From NCBI GenBank assembly GCA_043228905.1, contig JBHGNT010000002.1:7440001-7504000 (forward strand): a stretch of 64,000 nt of DNA, written 5' to 3'. Position 1 is the first letter of the stretch; each line of letters starts with the position of its first letter. Positions 46,401-58,000 of the stretch are shown one piece after another. This DNA comes from Azolla caroliniana. Its lineage: Eukaryota > Plantae > Polypodiophyta. The translations under genes were made by a program, and so were the position numbers. The notes under the pieces are model-generated. The model did no database searches. It had not been told where the DNA came from and worked only from the letters and a program-made list of their open reading frames with translations.

Positions 46401-47044
46401 TTTTAATTAACTTGACAAGCTCAAAATGATGAGCTATCTGATGATAAGCCCCTAGGTTTGATGCATTTAACTACAACGTGAATATAAAGTTGATAACAAA
46501 ATCAATGCAATTTAACCACAATACAAATAAAATTTAACCACAAGATCAATATAATTTAATTGAAACAAAGAATAAATTCAAATTTAACTACAAATACAGA
46601 AAGAAACTCAAAATGCACCTGAAGCGATGTAGTGCAATCTTTACCCTTCACTTTTATCTGAGTAACGATGTTATCATCAAACCAAAGAACAGTGTACGGA
46701 ACTCGGGCGCCCCACTTATCCCATCCAGCAGTCATTCCACACTTGATGGCAATAGCTCCTGTTCTACAAGACTGTTTTGTCATGTCTTTTGGTGTCGCCA
46801 CGATTTCTATACCATTTTCTCTTGCAAATTCTTCTGCGGAGATTCTGGGTTCTTCTTCTTGTTGTTTCTGTTCTTCTGAAAACACTGATCCCGATTCAGT
46901 AGAGAAAAATCTTCCACTGTCTTTAAACCTCTGAAACAGGGGTGTCAATGCAGAGTAGGGGAGAGATGATTTGTATGATGATGTGGGCGATGGTGAAGAC
47001 GTGTAGGAAAGGATGAACCTGGCGAGAATTGACCTGGGTTGCAT
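43439..47044 (-). CDS. RPL3: Mitochondrial large-subunit ribosomal protein uL3
   Basis: Exons 47044-46619, 45604-45395, 44108-44004, 43851-43738, 43612-43439 (TAG). Ser/Arg-rich presequence-like N-terminus, [68 protein letters not shown]. Confidence 0.95.
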
Positions 47045-49082
47045 TTTGTTTCTGCTTTCCCTTCTTGCTTCTACGTCTTCTTCTTCTTCTTTTGCTTTCT
47101 GCTTCCTCTTCTGGCTATGGCTTCATGACAGAGAGAGAAGCCCCTTCAGCGTTAGAGGATAGACGTGCTCCTGGAGTACAAAACCCTGTTGGAGAGGTTC
47201 TCCTGCTTTCACACTTGTCCGGACAAAGCCACCTTCATCAAGGATCGAATTCATCAAAGTGATAGTAAGAGTAAATTGTAAGAGCATGACAAGCCACTCC
47301 TCCCAATGGAAAAGCGATATACCCTCTTGCTTTCTACACGTTAAAACACATTATGAAGCTTACTTGTTAGTCTTTGTTGGCTCGATGATCGTAAACGACA
47401 TGTAGGATGGAATAATGAAAACCGTGTTCCTATAACACCCTATTGAATGATGCTTACTCGTCCAACTCCACTGGTAGCAATGCTGGTGACACTATCTAAA
47501 GGAAGGAAAAGCGTTGGCGAATGTTATAAACAATGAGAACATATCACAAGTGCAACCTTTTTCTTCGTGTTAGGCACATGGCCCATACAAATGGTTTAAG
47601 AGATGTAGCGTGGATACATGACACACAATACTCGATCTATATCCATGAAGCAAGTGCTCAATATTTTCTTAATAGATTGAATCACGAACAATTGGATTGA
47701 AGGGGCAAGAACAACAAGGTACAAAACTATTGTGCTCACGTCAATCTAACATATTGAGACATTATTAATATAAAAAGCAAATAGCAACACCTATGCCATT
47801 CAAAGCAAGACAAGTAATTATTGTTAACCCAATCATAGCGTCATAAGTCAATGCAAATTGGGGACCTTTCTAGAGTAGAGAACATTTGCACACTTTTCTC
47901 TCCTACCAAAAAAGATCAAGGCACCACCACCTCATATAGAATGAAGTTCGTGGCACCACCTCATATAGTATAATATGAACAATTTAGCACCACGTGAAAA
48001 TGTTTTCCAGCTCCTTTAGCTAGTACACCAACCTCGCATAAACTCTTACTTGGACATAGCCACCTCCACTTGACAACCATGTAAATGCTCCATACTTGAT
48101 CACACAAAGGGAACTTTACAAAAAAACACATGAATACTCTACTACAATCATAAGAAATTTGTATATTTGTGAATAATTAAACAACTTGCCTTTTGTCACA
48201 CAATTTGAGTCAATATAATTGCTACTATATCCACATCTTATCAAAGGTCGAAAATCACATTTTGATAGGTGGCTAAATTTTGTAAATTTATGTATGATAA
48301 GACCTACTTACAGATGTTCCTCATCAATCTCATGAATATGATCTAAGCATTGAAACCCTAATGTAATCGCCACGAATAGAACATTCATTACATTGCTTTA
48401 CAACATAATCGTTAGATTTCAAATTGCTACAGCATATGTCAAGAAATGCTGGAGCAAAATCTGAACCTATTATAATGCAGATGAGACAGTTGTTTCCTAT
48501 TTGTCTCAGCTACTTAATATTCCACTGCACCTATTTATATATTTACACTGGTACAGTTATTTGGCAATTGCATGATCTAAATTTATCAGGAAAGACTGCA
48601 GTCATTAATGATGTACTCTGTATAGAAACTGAGAAATTCTCAAAAATTCACAGAACCAGCACCAAAACATGATGCTCGATCGGTTCAACTATCATTGAAA
48701 ATTACCATACTTTCCAAAAATGACGCTAAAAATTGGAACTATTTTGCTAGAGGTATATAATCATTACTGGAAAAAGTATATAACATTACAATGAAAATTT
48801 CAATGGAGAGCATTGGGTTTTTTATGCTTCCAATGACTATAGTACAAATTGGGATGCATTACGTTTTCATTTTGCCATCGACCACCATTTACCAATCAAT
48901 AGTAGACATCATTCAATTGGTTTAACTCTAGTTCGAATATGCGAAATCCATTTGTGGATTGATAGTAGATTTGAATCTATCTGGCGCAACTCAAGTCTAG
49001 TTATGGCTCTTTTCTTATAATGAGCATCATACATGTAAATGTAATTCTCCTTCTCTTGAATATGCAGCAAAAAAGATGGCAT

Positions 49083-52000
49083 CTAATTCACTTTCTTGTC
49101 TTTGCGTCCAACAAGAATGCGAGAAATTTGCAATCCCCTACTGAATGCTTGATTGAAGAGAAGGCGAGTTTGAAAGTCAGAGATAAATGGAAACCAAGCC
49201 AATATCGCAACTGGTGCAAATAACAGCAATCCCATCAGACCCTCATAGGCCCAAGCTAAAACTTTCACAGAATCCCACATGTGAATTTTCTTTACTGAGC
49301 CTTTGCATGATTGGGCTATCTGGAACACACATAAATGAGCTTCCACATTAGTTACAATCTTGGTTTTTTCCATCTCTTTATTCAACTCACTGAAACTAGA
49401 ATAACAGGTCTTTATTCAGGGTTCTGACACTAGTAGGATACCTCAATCACAGAGTTTGGAATTACCTGAATAAGTGCCCAACCAGATGGAAGAAATGCTA
49501 GGGCACTAATAAAAAGATCCACAAATGTGAGGTTTGCAACAACAAAAAGAACTATTAAAATGCTCAACACAATCATAAAACATCCCCCTTTAATCAGCCT
49601 AAACAAGAGCGGATTCTGGGTTCTGATATTCCTACTTCCCCAAGAAAATCCCTGATAAACAATCCAACATGTTCATGATTATCAAACATGAAGATAATAG
49701 ATATATATTTTTGAGCTCTATATGTTATCCAATATGTCACCTTGAATGCAATGAGCATAAAAACCACCAGTAACCAGGAAAATATGTAGACCTGTACAAA
49801 AGATTGTGCTGGGTTGAGATTCTCCACAGTGAGTTTGATATTAGCAAGCATGTAGGCATAACCAAAGACAACTCACCCCTATGCCTTGACTTCTATGAGC
49901 AATATGAAGGTGATAAACCAGACCATATTGGTAAATAAGAAACCTGCCAGCCAAGAGGATTTCAATGGCCTTCCCTGGAATACTAGATCTCTCAAGATGC
50001 TCTTGTTCAGCTTCCCACCAAGTCTCCCAACTTTTGTCAGCAGGCACACCTATTCCGCCTCTATTATTCACCCACTTACTCCAATCTTCCCAATCATCGA
50101 CTATCTTCTGCCACTCAAATCCAGATGGATTGAACAGGGATGGTGCAAAAAGCCATGTTCCCACCAAGAACCATAGCAGGAAGGTGATAAAAACATAAGG
50201 TGCTGAAGTGCTTGAAGAGGAACCATAAGCATCATATATTATTAGCAGCATGAGGAGTTCAAGAGCTTTTGTGAAGTGACTACGTGAATAAAGTCGATAG
50301 TTCTCAGCAAATTTTGCATGAAATACAACAAACGATCGTTTCAGTTGTGCAGGTTTACTGGACTTGTTATATTTAGGTCCACCATGTAACAGAGTCCGGC
50401 CATAAAAATGCATCTTTATACCCGTCATAAAAGTAAAGAAGACAGCAGCAAGCTGAAGTTGCATGATGACAAATTCGCTCAGAGCTGTACGAAATCCTTC
50501 TTCCAAGCCTATTTCCATGAACATGGGAAAGGAAATAAGGAATCCTAATTGCATGAGAGACTGTGATGCCATGGCCACTTGCAATGATTCATTTTCCTGA
50601 AGTGTTACAGATCTAAACTTTATATTTGATTCCAGACCACTTAGAGAAAGATAAATGCGCCCATAAAGAAATGTGTACACCACCAAAACAGCAATCTGCA
50701 TCAATCAAACCAGATCAACGTTTTGTAAGCCCAACATTGACAACGTTTGAACAGCACAAAGAACAAAGTAACTTGCAGAAAGGAAGAAGAACATTGAAGT
50801 GAATTGACATAAGGTCCAATAGGAGTGTGATAAACTGAACACACTACGCAGCACAAAGAAACGAAGTAGCTTGCAGGAAGGAAGAAGAACATACAAGTGA
50901 ATTGACATAAGGTCCAATAGTAGTGTGATAAACTGAACACATTCTGAAGAAGTCAACCCGATGTCCAAGACGATAGATATCCCTGCTCATTGTCTGTTCA
51001 CCATTTCCAGTGGCAATCCTGGCTTCAGCCAGACATATCTGATTCAGGCGCATATCTCGTCCCTTTCCCACTTGAATATACTCATGGTGGGTTATGCTTC
51101 CGCTTCGTAGTATAGTATTATATCCTGATAAATAGATACAAATAAGATTTGCTTTGACAAGTGCATTATAAGACAACCCACATTGACTTCAGGACTTATT
51201 ACAGCATACCTGCAAATATATGTTCATTTAGATTTATTGTGGGAGAAGCCTTGCTTATGCCACCTCTACTAAGGTGAAAAAGCCTATCAAACACATCTGA
51301 ATGTCCATAGTGGAAGCGGACCCTGTTTCAGTCATCAAGTTTTTAAACAAAACAATCTAGCAACCTACTGAAACCAGTGAGACAAGATATGAAACGGCAT
51401 CCTACCTGAGAGGATTGGCTAACACCCGCTGTCCAAGAGTAACAAAAGTAGATTCCTGACGTGACATGAATCCTGCCAAAGATGAAACGCTGCATTGTAC
51501 CACATTGAGTTACATATTATGATGAAGAAGTAGAATACTGACAAAAAAGTGACGCCTACCTTCCGCTAAATATGTGTTCACGCATTCCAAGAATAGAAGG
51601 GGTCGCAATACCATTATGCACGTAGAATTCTTTGAGAAAATTTCTCATTTTAAGCGCCTCTTCTAAGTAAGAATCCTGAGAAACAGGAAATTCATTCCAG
51701 AACTCCTTTCCAAAAAGGAATAATAGCCAGTTCAAAAACTAACCTGATTCATGTCGATTGCTTGCAATGCATCTCCTCTTGTAAAAATTATGGCATGATT
51801 CTGGTTCTCAGCTTTACCCTCTCCCAAAATAGGTTGACCAGGCAACTTGATTTTGTAAATTGTCTTTTGATGACAGGAAATAAATAAATAAAGTTAAACT
51901 TCTCCACAATTTCAACTTTAGAAAACATCCAACTCCAGAATTAAATAGGAATATTTTCATGTCGAAATAGTAAAACAGACGAATTTGTATACCTGATAGC

Positions 52001-55000
52001 TATCTTTCACACCTTTTACAAGGACAGAGTAATATGTTTTCTCTTTGCTTTCTTCTTCCTCCACATATGCCACTCTCAAACACGGGTACCTGTTGTGTCA
52101 AAGCACAGAAGCAGCAGAGCATAGTTATCCATATAATCTACTGATTTTCAAGAAACAAGCATGAAATGAAACTATCTTTTCCTTCAGGGGAAATATACAT
52201 GTAAACCTATTCTGTGTTTCTTACTCTTGAAGTAAACGGACGATATCATTAGCACGTGATTCTCCAGTACGTTTATGAAATTCATCTTCTTGGCAACTCA
52301 CTACGTATGTGAGTTTCATGTCAGCAATCGCCTGAATTTTGGCACGAAACTGAAGAATCCGTTTATCATCTGTGTCTGCTTCCATTATAGCTGTATATCC
52401 ATCCAGTATATCTGCAGGAAATAAATATTTTTATGCTAGGTAAAAGTTGGAAAGTCAAATACAATAAATAACAACCTGAAGAGAAGTTGATGATTTTACC
52501 TGTTCTTTCAGCTAAGTCAAAAAACCCATGGATCTCAAGTGCTTTACGATAGTACATCATACCTCTTACTGCATAAAACAAGGTGTATATACACCGTGAC
52601 TCGTAAGAAAAAGCATATATAAAGCAATTTATACAAAAAAGAGGTTGGTGTTGAAAATCCCCACAAACCTATAATTTAGACAGATCACAATCTAATATGC
52701 AGGAATTAAATAGCAGCGAACACAATATAGCTCGTCCTGCACCCTACCCAAGCCCATAGCTTTTTGCTGGTCTGTAGATAATATATGTAGATGATAAGCC
52801 CACAACACTATCGTAGTTGAGATGATGGAAGGCAGGTAGCGAGTCGCGACGCTACTATGTCATGCCTTCTGAATGCTATTGTATGTCCTGGCATCCAAAG
52901 GTTATCCTGCCTTCTGAAATCACCACATGGAAAATGCACACTAGTTGTGGTTGACTAGCATGCCTCACTCAGTGATTTAGAATTCCCTATGCACTGTGGA
53001 GAACTATGAAACCCATGTAGGCCCATCTTGATTCCAAGGAGACCTGAAACCAATTCTATAGGATCCATTCACCACAATGCAAAAATGGTCTGTCTTAAAA
53101 TCGGTTTCCAAGAGGATCATGCTGAACCCATTCTCATACAATATCACCCTCTATTATAGCTCGTTTGCCAAACTCCTCTCAGTAATTCGTCAGCATACGA
53201 AGACATGTGTTGATGGACACACCGACGTCAAAGACTGCTTCTTTCTTATTGCTAAACTGTGGAGCATAACTAATAAGATACTCCTGAAAAAAAAGCTAAC
53301 CTTCACCGACAAGAAACTGGCCAAGTAGTGGTTGACTTTAGAAATTGGGAGGTGATGTTGAAAACTGCTTGGAACTAGGCCAAAGTGAAGGATACTAAAG
53401 TCACTTTTAAATTAAATCCCTGGTATTCACACACAAACTGAAGCTACACATGAGCCATATAAGTTATGAGCTGCATCTAAGTTGAAGTTGCAACTGAAGT
53501 TGGCATGTTGGCGTAGTCCTATGTCAAGCCATGTTAAACTCACCAGAAGCTACGGTATGTGCCTTACTGCAACTAACCCTCAAGGTAAATTAGCATTGTC
53601 TTGCCATTCTTTACATGCAGTGGCGTTTCCATTCTTAGAAATCAAGAGCTTTTGCACGTCTCATAGAAAGTTGTAATCCACAGAGGCCTACCATACAAAT
53701 TCACAAAAAGGGGGAGAGGATCTACAAAATGTTGTGGTAGCAAACATGTCAATTTGATTGGTCAAATCCAAGACGCCCTTGGGAAGTGATTCTTAACACA
53801 AAACAGGAACATTCCCATGTGTGACTATTATACAGGAACAGATCATCTCTTATGTGTCATCGACCATCTCATTATTTTCATTACTGTTTTTTTGGCTTAT
53901 GAAAAGGACTATAAATGAGAAAACCATGGCCAAGTTTTTCTACAAAGATAGCCTGCTCAAAACGACGCAACCAATTTTAGAATCCTGTTTCCCAACCCAA
54001 ACATGAAAAGTATCAAGGTTTATGGGTGTTATGTACCCATCATAGAATCTTTGAAGCTCTGCTTACCTGTTCGTGTTAGTGTTTGTGCGTGATATGATGC
54101 CCATTTACAGACTTCACTAGGTATTCCATCTGAAAGCCCGACCAACTTTTCAGGATCAGTTTCTTTTATATCCACTCGTTTGAAGAAATTTTTCCACTCA
54201 TCTGTTTAACAGATCTTTAAGTATTAGATACGCAATAGATAATGCATCCAAAGGAACTTTGTTTTTAATGCATAACATTAGACATGCTGTTACCTGGATA
54301 AATTTTCGTAAGGTAATATAGAACAGATATACCATCATCATTCTCAAGTTTAAGAACCTTTTCTGTGAATATGATATCCTCTCCATAGTAAGGAGTCAAT
54401 ACACTGTAAATAACCAAACAGAGGCAATAGGAACAAAATAAGGGGTCTAGATTACTAACACTAACTGGTAGGAAACATAGAAACTGTTTTGTGCTAGTTT
54501 AAAATCCCACCTGAAAGATAGCACATCCTGGATTCGTGGAGGTGATGGCATTTTCATAAAAAGAGAGTTGATAAAGTAAGTAATACGTCGCCTAGCCTCC
54601 AGATTGGAAGGAACATCCATAAAATGCTCCTCGGTGGTTAAGAGCAAGTGAAGTCTTTTGATCTGCAATCATTACATTAATACTCCACTAACTCTTTACA
54701 TATACAGCATATAGCCAGAAAAAATCCTTTACCTTCTTCAGTATTTCATCTTTCGTAGGAGGATACAGTATTGATCCTTTCTGAAATTCAAATCTGTGTT
54801 TTTGTTTTTCCCATCTCCTATCAGCACTTTCAGAGGGGCCTACATTCTCTCTGAGGTAAGATAAAAATAAAAGTGTTCGTTTTTAGACTACATGTAATAT
54901 GCAGGTACAATATAAGTCTTTATGTGTATTTGTTTAGACAATTATAAAACCTCATGTGTGCTTCGGTTAAAATCTCGTTCGACATTTCTGGGTGTCCGCG

Positions 55001-58000
55001 ATCCATGTCTCTGAAGATAAGTTCACAGTTTAGGCAACATCATGTACAATGAACTATTTAAGTTACATATCCTGCATTTAACCTATAATGGTTACCAGTT
55101 CAACATCATAAGAATTAGGGAAACAGAATAAAGTAGACTCCTAATGCTGATAAAAGTAGATATGATGTTTTTCTACCCAACCTATTCCAGTTGTTTGATG
55201 TGGGCAATTCCACACACTTGAATACGGCTTTCTTTTCAAGTATGTGAGGTGGAGCACATCAACCCACAGAAAATGTGAAAATAGAAATCTGGTCAAGCAA
55301 CACACCTACCTTCAGGGAAATTAAGATTCCCTAGAAAAACATACTTGCTAAACAAAAGGAATATTTTCTAGACAGAGTGAAATGTACTGCTGTATATGTA
55401 TGCCAATTTCTGCATTGCAGAGTCCTACTACAATCATGAAAAACTGGTCAAGCCAATACAGTAGTCCATCTCTAGATAAGCATAAAATATTTTATAAGAT
55501 GAAATCTTGGATACTCACTGGTCAATCTCATTCCTTACATCACCATCATACACTTCAAGTATATCCTGTAGGAGGAAAGTTAACTGCTCTTCTTGACTTG
55601 GCTCACATTTCTCCTGCAAGATTCAATTCTAATTCCCATTGCTAAGCTTAAAGTTTATAGCAAAAAAAAACAGAAATCTTACCAAAATCTTCACAAGTTC
55701 AACAATCTTGTGGAAAAGTGAAACTAAACCAGTCATTCTGAACTTCCTGAAAAATGTACTTCCTTCTATGCTCTCATTGACATCAGTAACCACCTGATCT
55801 ATGATACTAAATATATATATCAAATAGAAGAGTTCCATTACAAACAACCACCGGAACTATCTATACAAAATAAATTATCACATCCCAACATTACCTTTTT
55901 TCATGCTCGCCAATAACTATACCACACAGAACTTCCTTCAACAAGTCATAAGACTCCATAACAGCATATTCCACATATGGATCATGCTTCATCCTTCTGA
56001 GGAGTTCCTCATAATCCACTTTTTCTCTATCAGAGTATTCGTCAAACATATCTATTACTGAGGCTACCTGTAAGCCCAAATTTCAGATAAACAAAATAAA
56101 TGGTGATGCTACTAGAAGCATAGAAACTACACACAGACAAAAAAATGGTGATGCTACGAGAAGCATAGAAACTCCACACAGACAAAAAAAATGCTGATGC
56201 TACTAGAAGCATAGAAATTATGAACCTTCAACCTTCGATCTCTTAGGCAACAATATCTTGGAGAGATCTTGAGAGATGTAAAAGACTAGCAATCTTAACA
56301 GTGCTCCTTTCACATGCTTCAGATATACCCAGACACTATAACATACACCATATTAGTCCATACAGCCATCACTACAAGAGCTTAGTTCCTCTGCTTATTT
56401 CTCTATCTGTATGGTCTATCAAGCTACAGAGATTCAACTGTATGCAGCCATAAGGTCTCCAAGTTGAATATTTTATCCTACATCTTTGTAGGTCTCTTTC
56501 TTATGCTCCTCATTCTCTGATACAGTTTCTTTTGAAGGTCACAAGTCCTGGCAGACACCACTAACTACAAATCCATCATGATTGGATATCTGTTGGTGGC
56601 TAGGAAAACTTTATAGAGAAGTTATTATGGCACCATGCAACTAGAATGAAGCAGGTTCTCCATCAATCAGCCTATCTTTTCCATCCTCCGTCTGATTGAG
56701 CAGAGACTTTACTGCCACTTGGCGGACTTGCAAATCACTTTGCCGATTGCAGCTGTTATAGATTGCAAAGACGTTATGTGAATGAACCATATATTGTACT
56801 TCATAAAAGATAATGAAAGTGATCCATTACCCAAGTGATAAAACATGACCATGGTATAATGCCTGTAGAATAATGACTTCTGTATTGTACTGTAACATCA
56901 GCTAATCATTTACCATGATGAGATGCACACCATCCATAGTTGTCATCAGAGCAGCATATTGCTAACACATTTTAATGCAAGTCAATATAAAAAACATCTC
57001 ACAGTAACCTTATTAGCCAGTAGAAACGGAGGCCACTGGATATATTTCATCCTCTGCTTAGACGAATATGGTATCAAAAGACGTTCCATCTCTGAATTGT
57101 TTATGTAGTCTTCTTCCCAAAGACTCTTGATAACCACATTCCAAAGCTGAGAAAACACTGCAACCTGCATCTCTATGTCAGCAACCTTTGTATTATCCTA
57201 CAAATTTAAGAGTAAAACATCAACGATCTTTAAATACCCGCTGTCAAAACAAACACGTTTCATAGATAGGGATATAGGCCTAGTCAGTCATCATATACTG
57301 TTCCAAAAGGTCCCCTAAAAAGGAACTCGAGTTCCTGACAAAACTAAACCCATACCTTGCCATCCTGAGACTCAGAATTTTCATCAGCAGGGGAGTATAC
57401 TCTACGGTGCTGCAGATCACTATAACTTCTATCCAAATACTTGTAAGTCTTGTATAGTGAGAAATGTTGATGGTACCCATGAGCCTTGTCATCAGATGTA
57501 TGAGATACCAAATTCACATTAAAGGCTGCAGGTAAGGACCGAAACCGTGACTTCAGCATTTCTAAGGTTCTAATCTGCCATATAGGAGAAAAAATCATAA
57601 TTAGAAAATAAGATTATAGTTAGGGAGAATTGAAACAAATACCTTTTGTTTCATTTCTATTCATAAAATATTTGCAGAAAGATTATGGATGAGGGTGAGA
57701 CTAATTTATCTCTTAAGTTTGTAAACAAGACTAACATAATCCTGTTCAACCATGTTTAAATGGCTTAAAACATAAAGAGTAAAACAGCACACTACTATAA
57801 AAATGCAGGAAGAGTAAATTTATGAACGCCATTGTTTGTTTAGATGATCTTTGTTCAAGTTGGTGGACAAACATTACAATAACACCATGACAGCTGGAGA
57901 ATTATCATAAAGGCCAAAACTAAGGTTATTGATGATAATACTGATTGTATTTCCCTATTTCTTCAAGATTACGAATCTCCTGTGCATGCCATGTTGATGG

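Noticed and set aside
52900-53800. Degenerate L1 RT/endonuclease relic in a CalS intron; similar vague traces at 7000-8300
   Set aside because: Only very short motif resemblances (e.g. IVVNGS); insufficient to call.
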